Below, piece after piece: positions 12,348-24,443 of a stretch of 64,000 bases of DNA (positions are counted from its first letter, which is position 1; the number at the start of each line of letters is the position of its first letter). The stretch comes from an uncultured Bordetella sp. GTDB lineage: Bacteria; Pseudomonadota; Gammaproteobacteria; Burkholderiales; SG8-39. The stretch is taken from contig CAZZDV010000001.1 in the NCBI GenBank assembly GCA_964652785.1, positions 116 through 64,115 on the forward strand. The letters are read 5' to 3'. The notes under the pieces were generated by a model that did no database searches, had not been told where the DNA came from, and saw nothing but the letters and a program-made list of their open reading frames with translations. The translations under genes were made by a program, and so were the position numbers.

Positions 12348-13636
12348 GGCTCAGCCGCGCGTTCGGTGAGCTTCTTGTTCGCCGCGGAAAGCCGCTCGAT
12401 CAGGATTCGCATGAACGATTTGTTGAACTGGACCTGGCACGCATCGCTCGCGGCCGACAAGGAGGTCGCTTTGATTTCCAGCACCAGGACCGACGACGTG
12501 GAGCGGATCGTGGTGCTGCGCATTGCGGTATCCGAGGTGAAGTAGAGCATCTCGCCGAAACAGTCACCCGCGCCAAGCGTGGCGAGGGCGTGGCCCTCGC
12601 GCGAAACGTCGCACCGCCCGTCAACCAGGATGAAGAACCCGTCGCCGCGCTCGCCCTCCCTGATCAGCAGGCGGTTGGCAGGCATGTGTCGCCAAGCCGA
12701 GATCCGCAGCGTTTCCCAGATCTCCACATCCCGGAAATCGCGAAAGAAGGAAAGGTTGCGCAGCAAGTGGAACTTTCGTGTTTCGGAGAAATCCTCCCGC
12801 GGCGCCTCCAGTTCACGGAAGAGCGCCGCCAGGTCCTTGCCGAACTCGATCCAGTTCTGGTAGCGCCGTGTCACGTCCTTCTGCATTGCGCGCTCGACGA
12901 TAGCCTCTATGGCGGCCGGGAGGTTCTGGCGGATCGACGAAAGCTGCGGTGCTGAGTGATTCACGATCTGGTACATCAGGCTTGCCTGCGAGGAGGCTTT
13001 GAAGGGGAGCCTGCCGGTGAGCAGCTGGAACATCACCACGCCAAGCGAATAGATGTCCGTCTGGTGCGTGAGTTCGCGGTCGGTCAGCTGCTCCGGCGAC
13101 ATATAGGCCGGTGATCCCGCGTTGCCGATGTTCGTGTGTGTGGCTTCTTCCAACTGGGCGACGCCGAAGTCGGCGAGCTTGACGTCGAATTCCTCGGTGA
13201 CGAGGATGTTGGCCGGCTTGATGTCCCGGTGGATGATGCCCATCCGGTGGGCGTATTCGAGCGCCCGGCTGCACTTGAAGACGACTTCGACGACTCGCTC
13301 GAGCGGCAGCAGGTTGTCCATCACCGCGTATTGCGCAAGCGTGCCACCGGCAATGTAGTCCATCACTACATAGCTGTACTCTTCCTCGACCGCGGCATCC
13401 AGTAGTGACACGATGTGCGGATGCTCGAGCTTGCCGACGAGCGCCGCCTCGGTCAGGAAAGCGCTGCGATGCTTTCCGCCAAATGAAGGATCCTCGGCCG
13501 CGTGGTTGAAGATCTTGATCGCGACGTCACGCTCGGAGAATGTGTCGCGGGCCCGATAGACGGAGCTCGTCGCCCCGCGCCCAAGCTCTCCGAGGATGAG
13601 GTATTTGCCGATCGAGGCCGGCGCGTTGGTCGACAT
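12344..13636 (-). CDS. Hanks-type Ser/Thr protein kinase fused to a C-terminal cyclic-nucleotide-binding domain
   Basis: 430 aa. Kinase motifs: G-loop [15 protein letters not shown] lysine, [16 protein letters not shown]. The C-terminal cNMP domain has GDCFGEM...RSTTIRS (phosphate-binding-cassette-like). Its stop overlaps the uppP ATG (ATGA). Confidence 0.85.
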   Translation of the reverse strand: MSTNAPASIGKYLILGELGRGATSSVYRARDTFSERDVAIKIFNHAAEDPSFGGKHRSAFLTEAALVGKLEHPHIVSLLDAAVEEEYSYVVMDYIAGGTLAQYAVMDNLLPLERVVEVVFKCSRALEYAHRMGIIHRDIKPANILVTEEFDVKLADFGVAQLEEATHTNIGNAGSPAYMSPEQLTDRELTHQTDIYSLGVVMFQLLTGRLPFKASSQASLMYQIVNHSAPQLSSIRQNLPAAIEAIVERAMQKDVTRRYQNWIEFGKDLAALFRELEAPREDFSETRKFHLLRNLSFFRDFRDVEIWETLRISAWRHMPANRLLIREGERGDGFFILVDGRCDVSREGHALATLGAGDCFGEMLYFTSDTAMRSTTIRSTSSVLVLEIKATSLSAASDACQVQFNKSFMRILIERLSAANKKLTERAAEP

Positions 13637-13652
13637 GCGCGCGCGTTTCCCG

Positions 13653-15710
<2,058 letters not shown>

Positions 15711-15771
15711 TGACATGCACCGATTATAGGAGCATCAGCTTGCGAGCCTGCGCTGATCGCACCGCAGAATC

Positions 15772-15816
15772 TTGACGCCGGTGACAAGTGATCGTATATT
15801 ACTGACCGGTCAGTAA
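15772..15816 (+). promoter_or_regulatory. Sigma70-like promoter plus palindromic operator upstream of the TetR/efflux operon
   Basis: TTGACG (15772-15777), a 17-nt spacer, then TATATT (15795-15800). This overlaps a perfect 18-bp palindrome TTACTGACCGGTCAGTAA (15799-15816), 14 nt before the GTG start of the TetR gene. Confidence 0.55.
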
Positions 15817-15829
15817 CTGACATGAGCCC

Positions 15830-16492
15830 GTGAAAGCCCCCCTCGCCGAAAAACCTGAGCCCCGCTGGATTCGCCGCAAGGACGCGCGCCCTGAGGAAAT
15901 CACCGCAGCCGCGTTGAAATTGTTCGTCGAGCGCGGGTATGCGAACTCGCGCCTGGAAGATGTCGCCACGTTGGCGGGCGTCAGCAAAGGCACCCTGTAC
16001 CTCTACTTCACGAACAAGGAAGACCTGTTTAAGGCGGTCGTTCGCGAAGGACTCGCTTCACCAATCGCCGAAGTTCGCGGTCTCATCGATCACTACGAAG
16101 GTTCGGCGTTTGACCTGCTACGCATGGTTTTACGCGGCTGGTGGGAGCGCATCGGGTCGCAGCCCGTTTCCGGCATCCCGAAGCTGATCCTCGCCGAGGC
16201 GCGCAATTTTCCCGAGATCGCAAAGTTCTACCTGGATGAAGTCGTCCACCCGGGGCTCGATGCGATCATCGGTATCATCGATCGAGGTGTCAGCTCGGGC
16301 GAGTTCCGGCCTGTGGATTCCCGGCACGCAGCTCAGCTGGTGTTCGCGCCGACGTTGCTCATCGCCTGCTGGTGCAACTCGCTCGCGCCATTCGATCCGA
16401 AAGGCATGGATCCGATACGCGTGATCGACGAACACCTGGAAATGCTCCGCCGCGGGCTCGCGGCGGGCGAACCCGTTGCCATTCCCGGATAA
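15830..16492 (+). CDS. TetR family transcriptional regulator
   Basis: 220 aa with an N-terminal TetR HTH (ITAAALKLFVERGYANSRLEDVATLAGVSKGTLYLYF). Confidence 0.85.
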   Translation: MKAPLAEKPEPRWIRRKDARPEEITAAALKLFVERGYANSRLEDVATLAGVSKGTLYLYFTNKEDLFKAVVREGLASPIAEVRGLIDHYEGSAFDLLRMVLRGWWERIGSQPVSGIPKLILAEARNFPEIAKFYLDEVVHPGLDAIIGIIDRGVSSGEFRPVDSRHAAQLVFAPTLLIACWCNSLAPFDPKGMDPIRVIDEHLEMLRRGLAAGEPVAIPG

Positions 16493-16496
16493 GGCC

Positions 16497-17651
16497 ATGC
16501 GTATCCCATCGCGCCGTATCTTCTGGACCGCATTGCTCCTCGCGATAGTGACCGCCGGCGCCGTTGCCGGACTGGGCGCAATGCGCAGCAAGAGCGTCGA
16601 CGCGAAGGCGGCTGCCGTCGTGAAGGTGCCCGTGCTCGAGTTCGTGCCCGAAGACCTCTACACGACGAAGCAGGAGACAATGGCGCGCACGCTGCCGATC
16701 ACGGGCAGCCTCATGGCGCTCACGACCGCGATCTTGAAGGCGAAGGTTGCCGGAGAACTGGTCGAAGTCACGGTCCGGGAAGGCCAGCCGGTCCGGGAAG
16801 GTCAACTGCTAGCGCGCATCGACCAGACCGAGGTGCAGGCAAGGGTCGCGGCGCGTTCCGCGGATGTGGCCGCAGCGCGGGCCCAACTGCAACTGGCGGA
16901 GAAAAACCGCACCACGCAGAAGGCCCTGCTGGACCGGAATTTCATCTCCCAGAACGCATTCGATACCACCCAATCGGGGTATGACGTCGCGATTGCCCGC
17001 CTTCGGGCGACCGACGCCGATCTCGTATCGGCGCGCAAGACACTGGGCGACTCGACCCTCTATGCGCCGTTCTCGGGAATTGTTTCCGAACGGCATGTGC
17101 AGCCGGGCGAACGAGTGGCGCTGGACGCAAAAGTCATTTCGATTGTGGACCTGTCCATCCTTACGCTTGAAGCGTCAGTTCCGACAACCTCCATCGCGCA
17201 GGTACGTTTAGGGCAGCCGGTCGAGTTCCGGGTCGATGGCTTTGGCGAACGCCGCTTCGCCGGCCGCATCGACCGCATCAACCCGTCGACATCGGCCGGC
17301 TCGCGCTCGATCAGCGTCTACGCGGTCATCGACAACAAGGACGGCCTGCTGCGTGGCGGGTTGTTTGCCCAAGGCGATCTGACACTCGAGCGTATCGAAA
17401 ACGTTGTGACCATTCCGGCTTCCGCGGTGCGCGAGGAACTCGGCCAGACTTTCGTTTACGCGATCGAAAGCGGCGCGGTTCGCAAGAAGTCCGTACGGGT
17501 CGGCCAATCGGATGCACATGGGGCGCTGCTGGTCCTTTCGGGGCTGGCGCCGGGGGAACGCATCGTCAAGAGCAACCTGGGCCAGTTGCGTAACGAATCC
17601 CCAGTCCAGGTCCGTGGCCAAGGGGCGTCGGCAGCGACTGCCTCGAAGTAG
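16497..17651 (+). CDS. RND efflux periplasmic adaptor (membrane fusion protein)
   Basis: ORF 16476..17651. ATG 16497 follows the TetR stop. N-terminal membrane anchor, HlyD/MFP-type coiled-coil hairpin and barrel regions. Confidence 0.85.
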   Translation: MRIPSRRIFWTALLLAIVTAGAVAGLGAMRSKSVDAKAAAVVKVPVLEFVPEDLYTTKQETMARTLPITGSLMALTTAILKAKVAGELVEVTVREGQPVREGQLLARIDQTEVQARVAARSADVAAARAQLQLAEKNRTTQKALLDRNFISQNAFDTTQSGYDVAIARLRATDADLVSARKTLGDSTLYAPFSGIVSERHVQPGERVALDAKVISIVDLSILTLEASVPTTSIAQVRLGQPVEFRVDGFGERRFAGRIDRINPSTSAGSRSISVYAVIDNKDGLLRGGLFAQGDLTLERIENVVTIPASAVREELGQTFVYAIESGAVRKKSVRVGQSDAHGALLVLSGLAPGERIVKSNLGQLRNESPVQVRGQGASAATASK

Positions 17652-17659
17652 CTGACACC

Positions 17660-20600
17660 ATGTGGTTTACGCGCGTCAGCATCCAGAACCCGGTCTTCGC
17701 GACCATGATGATGGCCGCGCTGCTCGTGCTGGGCCTGTTCTCGTACAACAGGCTCCCGGTGGAGCAATTCCCCGATGTCAGTTTCCCCGTCGTCGTGGTG
17801 CAGACGGAATATCCGGGCGCGTCGCCTGAGAACGTTGAGGAAGAGGTCACCCGCAAGGTTGAGGAGTCCGTTAATACGATCAGCGGGATCAAGACGCTGT
17901 CGTCACGGTCGTATGAAGGGCGCTCGGTCGTCATCGTCGAATTCGACCTGAACGTCGAACCGAAAGCCGCTGCCCAAGAGGTGCGCGAGAAGATCGCCAT
18001 CCTGAAGCCGGTCTTCCGGGACGAAATCAAGGAACCGCGGGTCTCGCGCTTCAACCCCGACGATTTCCCGATCGTTTCGGTTTCGGTCACGGCGCCCGGG
18101 CGCAGCCTGCGGGAGCTCTCGACCATCGCCGACCAGGTCATCAAGAAGCGGCTGGAGAATGTCGGCGGCGTCGGTCAGGCGACGCTTGTCGGCAGCGTGA
18201 AGCGCGAGATCAAAGTTTACCTGCGGCTGGAGGACATGGAGGCGCAACGCATTGGCGCCGACCAGGTGGTCAGGGCCTTGCAGACAGAGAACCAGGAGTT
18301 GCCGGCCGGCACCATCGTGACCTCAAGCCAGGAAAAAGTCGTGCAGATCAAGGCGAGGGTTGCCACTCCGCGCGATTTCCAGAGCCTGATCGTTGCGCGC
18401 AGAGGAGGAAAGGCGGTGACCCTGGGACAGGTCGCCGACATCGAGGATGGCCAGCAGGAGGAAGAGACCGTCGCCCTCGTCAACGGCGAGCGCGCGATCT
18501 CGATCGATATCATCAAGGCGCAGGGCGAAAACACCATCGGCGTCGTCGATGGCGTGCGGCGCGTGGTCGCCGACCTCAAAGCGCTCGTGCCCGCGGACGT
18601 CAAGATCGGAATCGTGCGGGACGCTTCGATGGGCATCCGAAACTCGGTCGCCGACGTCAAGAAAACGCTGCTCGAAGGCGCGCTGCTCACCATCGGGATC
18701 GTGTTCCTGTTTCTTGCTTCATGGCGCAGCACCGTCATCACCGGCCTGACCCTGCCGATCGCCCTGATCGGCACCTTCCTGTTCATCTATGCATTCGGGT
18801 TTACGCTCAACGTCCTCACGTTGATGGCGCTCTCGCTCTCGGTCGGCCTCCTCATCGACGATGCCATTGTGGTGAGGGAAAACATCGTGCGGCACGTCGC
18901 AATGGGCAAAGATCACCACGCTGCCGCGCTCGAAGGCACGCAGGAAATCGGCCTGGCCGTCCTTGCCACGACCTTTTCGATCGTCGCTGTCTTCCTGCCT
19001 GTGGGGTTCATGGGTGGGATCATTGGGCGCTTCTTCCACCAGTTCGGCCTCACCGTAGTGGCCGCGGTGCTGATCTCGATGTTCGTGAGCTTTACGCTCG
19101 ACCCGATGTTGTCGTCGATTTGGCGCGACCCGCAGGCGGAAGGCAAGTTCAGCTCCGGGCCGCTCGGGCGCCTGCTCGCATGGTTTCACCGCGCGATGGA
19201 GAGCTTTTCGGCGCGCTACGAGAAGCTGCTTGGGTGGGCATTACTGCATCGAAAAACCGTCCTTGTGATTGCGGTGATTTCATTCCTTGGCAGTTTTCCG
19301 CTGATGAAATTCGTGGGTTCCGAGTTCGTGCCTGAGCCCGACCTGTCCGAACTCCAGGTCCAGTTCACTACACCCGTGGGGTCCTCGCTCGAACTGTCGA
19401 CCCAGAAGGCGCGCCAAGCTGAGGGCGCTTTGCGCGAGTTCCCGGAAGTGAAGTACACCTACGCCACCATCAATACGGGGTTTGCGCAGGGCAAGAACAG
19501 CGTCAACGTTTTCCTGCAACTGGTACCGCGAAAGGAACGCAACCGGTCCCAAGCCGCCCTCACGCAGCCGATGCGCGAGCGCCTAGGGCGTCTCGCCGGA
19601 ATCGAATTGACCCAGATCGGCGCCTTCAAGTCGGTGTCGAGCGGCAAGCCGCTGCAGGTCTCTATCCTCGGGCAGGATCGAGAACTCCTGGACGGGATCG
19701 CAAAGCAGGTCATGGCCGCAATGCGCGAAGTGCCTGGGGCAGTGGATGTGGAATCTTCCAATAAGGCGCCCAAGCCGCAGCTGTCCGTGGACGTGAAACG
19801 CGAGGTTGCAAGCGATCTTGGCGTGGGGATCGGACAGGTCGCGGCTGCGCTGCGGCCCCTGCTCGCCGGGGAGGCGGTCGGGAACTGGCGAGGCCCGGAC
19901 GACCAGTATTACGACGTGCAAGTGAGGCTCGCCCGGGCCGACCGCGCGCGACCCGAAGACCTTGCCCGCGTTCCCCTCTCCAGCAGCCTGGCCGACGCAA
20001 CCGGCGCCCCGAGAATGGTGACGCTTCGTGAAGTCGCCACGATCAACGACAGCCTTGGCGCGCAGCAGATCAATCGCAAGGAGCAGCTGCGCGAGGTCCT
20101 CGTCACGGCGAACGTCTACAACCGCGCAGCGGGGGACGCCGCGCAGGAAATGCGCGCCAAGCTCGAGGCGATTCCCTTGCCGCCGGGATATCGCTACACC
20201 ATGGGGGGTTCGTCGAAGGACATACAGGAATCCATGAACTTTGCGGGCCAGGCACTCATCCTCGCGGTCGTGTTCATCTACCTGATCCTTGCCTCGCAGT
20301 TTGCAAGTTTCCTCCAGCCTATCGCGATCATGATGTCGCTGCCGCTTTCGCTCATCGGCGTGATCCTGGCGCTGATGCTGTTCCGCTCCACGCTGAACAT
20401 CTTCTCGATCATCGGTTTCATCATGCTGATGGGCCTCGTGACCAAGAACGCGATCCTGCTGGTCGACTTCGTCAATCACGAGCGGAAGGCCGGTGCCGAT
20501 CGTCACGCCGCAGTTTTGGCCGCGGGGCGTATCCGCCTGCGCCCCATCCTCATGACCACCCTCGCCATGATTTTTGGCATGGTTCCGCTCGCCCTCGGAT

Positions 20601-20773
20601 TGGGCGAAGGCGGGGAGCAACGCTCTCCGATGGGGCAGGCAGTCATCGGCGGGGTCATCACTTCGAGCCTGCTGACGCTTGTAGTGGTGCCGGTGATCTA
20701 CACCTATTTGGATGATGTCGCAGATTGGGCAAAGCGCCGCTTTGGTAGACTACGCGTCCTTCCTTCGCAATGA
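17660..20773 (+). CDS. RND efflux inner-membrane transporter (AcrB/HAE1-like)
   Basis: 1037 aa with 12-TM AcrB-like organisation. MWFTRVSIQNPVFATMMMAALLVLG is a typical N-terminus. Confidence 0.9.
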   Translation: MWFTRVSIQNPVFATMMMAALLVLGLFSYNRLPVEQFPDVSFPVVVVQTEYPGASPENVEEEVTRKVEESVNTISGIKTLSSRSYEGRSVVIVEFDLNVEPKAAAQEVREKIAILKPVFRDEIKEPRVSRFNPDDFPIVSVSVTAPGRSLRELSTIADQVIKKRLENVGGVGQATLVGSVKREIKVYLRLEDMEAQRIGADQVVRALQTENQELPAGTIVTSSQEKVVQIKARVATPRDFQSLIVARRGGKAVTLGQVADIEDGQQEEETVALVNGERAISIDIIKAQGENTIGVVDGVRRVVADLKALVPADVKIGIVRDASMGIRNSVADVKKTLLEGALLTIGIVFLFLASWRSTVITGLTLPIALIGTFLFIYAFGFTLNVLTLMALSLSVGLLIDDAIVVRENIVRHVAMGKDHHAAALEGTQEIGLAVLATTFSIVAVFLPVGFMGGIIGRFFHQFGLTVVAAVLISMFVSFTLDPMLSSIWRDPQAEGKFSSGPLGRLLAWFHRAMESFSARYEKLLGWALLHRKTVLVIAVISFLGSFPLMKFVGSEFVPEPDLSELQVQFTTPVGSSLELSTQKARQAEGALREFPEVKYTYATINTGFAQGKNSVNVFLQLVPRKERNRSQAALTQPMRERLGRLAGIELTQIGAFKSVSSGKPLQVSILGQDRELLDGIAKQVMAAMREVPGAVDVESSNKAPKPQLSVDVKREVASDLGVGIGQVAAALRPLLAGEAVGNWRGPDDQYYDVQVRLARADRARPEDLARVPLSSSLADATGAPRMVTLREVATINDSLGAQQINRKEQLREVLVTANVYNRAAGDAAQEMRAKLEAIPLPPGYRYTMGGSSKDIQESMNFAGQALILAVVFIYLILASQFASFLQPIAIMMSLPLSLIGVILALMLFRSTLNIFSIIGFIMLMGLVTKNAILLVDFVNHERKAGADRHAAVLAAGRIRLRPILMTTLAMIFGMVPLALGLGEGGEQRSPMGQAVIGGVITSSLLTLVVVPVIYTYLDDVADWAKRRFGRLRVLPSQ

Positions 20774-20783
20774 ACGACCGATC

Positions 20784-21458
20784 ATGGCTCCAATGAACTT
20801 CGATCAGGCCCGCTTCAACATGGTCGAGCAGCAGATCCGCACCTGGGAAGTGCTGGACCAGGATGTGCTGGACCTCCTGTACGTCGTCCCGCGCGAAGAC
20901 TTCGTGCCGGCGGCCTATCGGGCACTGGCGTTTTCGGATATGGAAATTCCGCTGGGGCAGAATGCGAGCTCGAGCGAGCGCATGATGCCCCCGAAGATGG
21001 AGGCGCGGATCCTCCAGGAAGTCGCCGTGAAAAAGTCCGACCACGTACTCGAGGTGGGCACCGGCAGCGGCTATCTCGCTGCCCTTTTGGCGCATCGGGC
21101 GGCCCATGTCTTCTCGGTCGAAATCGACCCGGAGTTGGCCGAGTTCGGCCGGGGCAACCTGGTCCGCCACGGGGTGGAGAACCTCACGCTTGACGCCGGC
21201 GACGGCGCGCGCGGCTGGTTGAAGCATGCGCCATACGATGTCATCGTGCTTGCCGGGTCAACCCCAGCCTTGCCCCAAGCGATTACCGACCAGCTGTCCC
21301 AGGGCGGGCGCCTCTTCGCGGTGGTCGGGGACGCGCCGGTCATGGTTGCAAAGCTGGTGACCTGTACCGGACCCGGAATGTTCGCCAGCACCGAGCTTTT
21401 CGATACTGTGATCGCACCGCTTCGAAACGCCCTGCGACCTTCGCGTTTCGAATTCTAG
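20784..21458 (+). CDS. Protein-L-isoaspartate O-methyltransferase family protein
   Basis: ORF 20712..21458, probable start at MAPMNFDQARFNMVEQQIR. SAM motif VLEVGTGSGYLAALLA. Confidence 0.8.
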   Translation: MAPMNFDQARFNMVEQQIRTWEVLDQDVLDLLYVVPREDFVPAAYRALAFSDMEIPLGQNASSSERMMPPKMEARILQEVAVKKSDHVLEVGTGSGYLAALLAHRAAHVFSVEIDPELAEFGRGNLVRHGVENLTLDAGDGARGWLKHAPYDVIVLAGSTPALPQAITDQLSQGGRLFAVVGDAPVMVAKLVTCTGPGMFASTELFDTVIAPLRNALRPSRFEF

Positions 21459-21460
21459 CC

Positions 21461-21778
21461 ATGAAAAACATCTCGCCCGCAGAACTCAAATCCGAACTCG
21501 CTTCGGGCAGAAGAATGCAGCTCCTGGATGTGCGCGAAAACTGGGAGTTCCAGACCGCGCGCATAGACGGTTCGGCCCTGATTCCCATGGGGGAGATCCA
21601 GGCGCGGATGTCTGAGCTCGACCCAGCATCCGAAACTGTAGTGATCTGCCACCATGGCGGGCGCAGTATGCAGGTGGCGATGTTCCTCGAGCGTCAGGGA
21701 TTCTCGAGCGTCCATAACCTGGCGGGCGGTGTCGATGCCTGGGCCCGCTCGGTCGACCCTTCAATGCCGACTTACTGA
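21461..21778 (+). CDS. Single-domain rhodanese (GlpE-like sulfurtransferase)
   Basis: 105 aa with the active-site loop CHHGGRS. Confidence 0.8.
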   Translation: MKNISPAELKSELASGRRMQLLDVRENWEFQTARIDGSALIPMGEIQARMSELDPASETVVICHHGGRSMQVAMFLERQGFSSVHNLAGGVDAWARSVDPSMPTY

Positions 21779-21786
21779 GCCGAGCA

Positions 21787-23145
21787 ATGAGCATGCGCAA
21801 GGATTTCCGTATCCGGACACTCGCCGTCCTATTGTCCACTTCTGCGGCGGCGCTTCTGTCGCCCGGTGCGGGGGCGGAGGATTTAATACAGGTTTTCCGC
21901 GACGCGCGTAACTACGACGCGCAGTACGGAGCGGCGCGCTATGCGCTGCAGGCAGGGCTCGAAAGGCTGCCACAGGGGCGCTCGCTCGTTCTGCCCACAC
22001 TTGGGCTTACATCGGGATATACCCGCACCAACCTGGACATCGAAGGGCGAGGATCGAATCCCGCGCCCTCAGCGAACCGCGGCTTTACTACCGGCACTTA
22101 CCAGCTCACGTTTACGCAACCCCTATTCAGGCCGCAAAGCTGGGTGCAATACGACCAGTCGGAGTTCCAGGTCAGGCAGGCAGAGGCGATCTTTGGCCAG
22201 GCTGCGCAAGACTTGGTCATTCGTTCGGCCCAAGCTTATTTCGATGTGCTCTCGGCGGAAGACACCCTGGCGCTGGTGCGCGCGCAAAAGGCCGCAATTT
22301 CCGAGCAGTTGGCTCAGGCGAAGCGCAATTTCGAGGTGGGCACGGCGACGATTACCGATACGCACGAGGCCCAGGCGCGCTTCGACCTGAACACGGCCCA
22401 GGAAATATCGGCCATGAACGACCTGGAAGTCAAAAGGCGTACGCTGCAACAAGTCACCGGCAAAGCCTACGAGAAGCTCAAGCCGTTGCGCAGCGACGTC
22501 AAGCTCGCGCCGCCCAACCCCAACAACATGCAGAACTGGGTAGACATCGCCGAGCGGCAGAGCTTCCCGGTGCGGATCCAGGAAGCCGCCAGCGAGATCG
22601 CGGGACTCGAGATCCGCCGCACACGTGTTGCGCATTACCCGACCGTGGACCTTGTGGCCAGCATCGGCCAAACCGACCAGACCGGATCGGCCCTCGCCTC
22701 CACGGGCAGCCTGGCAACACCGACCGCGATCGGCTTGCAGGTCGCGGTGCCTTTGTACCAAGGGGGATTCCTCTCGTCACGCGAACGGGAAGCTGGAGCA
22801 AACTACGAGAAATCGAAGCAGGACCTCGAGAACGCACGCCGTACGAGCGCACTTTCATCGCGCCAATCCTACTTGGGCGTCATCAACGGCATCGCCCAGA
22901 TCAGCGCGCTTGAGGCTGCGCTTGTCTCAAGCCAGAGCGCGCTGGATTCGAACAAGCTTGGCTACGAAGTCGGGGTGCGCATCAACATCGACGTCCTGAA
23001 CGCGCAGCAGCAGCTGTTCTCCACCCGCCGGGACCTGGCGACCGCGCGCTACAACACCATCACGAACTACCTCAGGCTCAAGGCGGCTGCCGGCAGCCTG
23101 CGCGAAGAAGACCTCAACGAGGTCAACAGGGCACTGCAGTTCTAA
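21787..23145 (+). CDS. tolC: TolC family outer-membrane channel
   Basis: 452 aa. Signal peptide and two OEP repeats. Sits in the conserved pcm-rhodanese-tolC context. Confidence 0.85.
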   Translation: MSMRKDFRIRTLAVLLSTSAAALLSPGAGAEDLIQVFRDARNYDAQYGAARYALQAGLERLPQGRSLVLPTLGLTSGYTRTNLDIEGRGSNPAPSANRGFTTGTYQLTFTQPLFRPQSWVQYDQSEFQVRQAEAIFGQAAQDLVIRSAQAYFDVLSAEDTLALVRAQKAAISEQLAQAKRNFEVGTATITDTHEAQARFDLNTAQEISAMNDLEVKRRTLQQVTGKAYEKLKPLRSDVKLAPPNPNNMQNWVDIAERQSFPVRIQEAASEIAGLEIRRTRVAHYPTVDLVASIGQTDQTGSALASTGSLATPTAIGLQVAVPLYQGGFLSSREREAGANYEKSKQDLENARRTSALSSRQSYLGVINGIAQISALEAALVSSQSALDSNKLGYEVGVRINIDVLNAQQQLFSTRRDLATARYNTITNYLRLKAAAGSLREEDLNEVNRALQF

Positions 23146-23174
23146 GCAGGGCCTAGAACTCAAAACCGCGGTTT

Positions 23175-24443
23175 TCAGGCGGGAGTTCCGGCGGCCCGCT
23201 TGCCGATCCTCCGGATTGCCTCAATGTGCCGAAGCGTGGCGCCCCGATGCTTCGCACTGAATTCGAGACCTGCGTCCCTCATTTTCTTGCACCTTTCCGG
23301 ATCATCGAGAATCGCGAGAGCTGTTTCGACAGCATCGTCGGCATTTGCCACTTGCACCGCCGCCCCGCATTCGACCGCGAGGCGTGCCGCTTCGCTGAAG
23401 TTATGCACATAAGGGCCAAGCACCACCGGCACCCCGGCTGCGCTCGCCTCGATCAGGTTTTGCCCGCCATAGGGGAGCAGCGTTCCGCCAATCACGGCGA
23501 CGTCGGCTGCGGCGTAGTAGGTCAGCATCTCACCCATCGTGTCACCCAGCAGTACGTCCCGCGCTCCTATTGCATCGGAGCGGCTGCGTCTCGCCACAGA
23601 AAAGCCGGCCGCTGAAATCAATAACTCGACTTCGTCGAAGCGCTGAGGGTGGCGGGGAATCACGATCAAAAGGACATCCGTTAAAATCCGTGCGCGAAGC
23701 GCCCGTAGAAGTAAGTCCTCTTCTCCCTCACGGGTGCTGGCAAGCGCAACGACCTTCTTCGCTCCCAGCGACCTTTTGAGCTCGGCTCCGGCAGCAAGCA
23801 GGCGCTCATCGAGCCGGACGTCAAACTTGAGGTTTCCACACACCGAGACTTTGTGCGCACCGAGCGAAGCAATCCGGTTGGCATCCGCCTCGCTTTGGGC
23901 GCAGACCGCCGCAAGGCTCTCGAATGCCGGGCGCGCGAGCGCAATCACCCTACGATAACCGCTGGTCGAACGCGGGGACATGCGGGCGTTTGCGAGCACG
24001 ACGTCAAGGGAGCGCCGATGGCATTCGGCGAGGAGATTGAACCAGATCTCGGTTTCCATCAGCACGCCGAACCGGGGACGGAAGTGATCCAGGAAACGGC
24101 GGACCGCAAACGGGTAGTCGTAAGGAAGGAAGGCGGCGAGCACGCTTTCCCCGTACGCCTGGTCGATGGCGTCACGGCCGGAAGCCGTCATACAAGTCAG
24201 CAGCATGAGGTGATCCGGATACTCTGCGCGCAACGCATTGACCAACGGCACGCTTGCGCGCACTTCACCTACCGAAACGGCATGCAGCCAGATGACTGGC
24301 GCGCCAGGCGACTGAGAGTAACGTCCGAAACGTTCGCCGACCCCCTTGCGATAGCCGGCTTCGCGCCGCCCTCGCAACCACAGCTTCAGCACGATCAGCG
24401 GGAACGCGATCCAGAGGAGCAGCGAATAGCCGGCACGCAACAT
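23175..24443 (-). CDS. waaA: 3-deoxy-D-manno-octulosonic acid (Kdo) transferase
   Basis: ORF 23175..24752. Family-typical start MLRAGYSLLLW at ATG 24443. IWLHAVSVGE motif. Its start overlaps the upstream stop by 1 nt. Confidence 0.9.
   Translation of the reverse strand: MLRAGYSLLLWIAFPLIVLKLWLRGRREAGYRKGVGERFGRYSQSPGAPVIWLHAVSVGEVRASVPLVNALRAEYPDHLMLLTCMTASGRDAIDQAYGESVLAAFLPYDYPFAVRRFLDHFRPRFGVLMETEIWFNLLAECHRRSLDVVLANARMSPRSTSGYRRVIALARPAFESLAAVCAQSEADANRIASLGAHKVSVCGNLKFDVRLDERLLAAGAELKRSLGAKKVVALASTREGEEDLLLRALRARILTDVLLIVIPRHPQRFDEVELLISAAGFSVARRSRSDAIGARDVLLGDTMGEMLTYYAAADVAVIGGTLLPYGGQNLIEASAAGVPVVLGPYVHNFSEAARLAVECGAAVQVANADDAVETALAILDDPERCKKMRDAGLEFSAKHRGATLRHIEAIRRIGKRAAGTPA

Noticed and set aside
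23146-23174. Palindrome AAAACCGCGGTTTT between tolC and waaA as a bidirectional terminator
   Set aside because: Allowing for a loop, the stem is only about 5 bp and A/U-rich, which is too weak to call a terminator.
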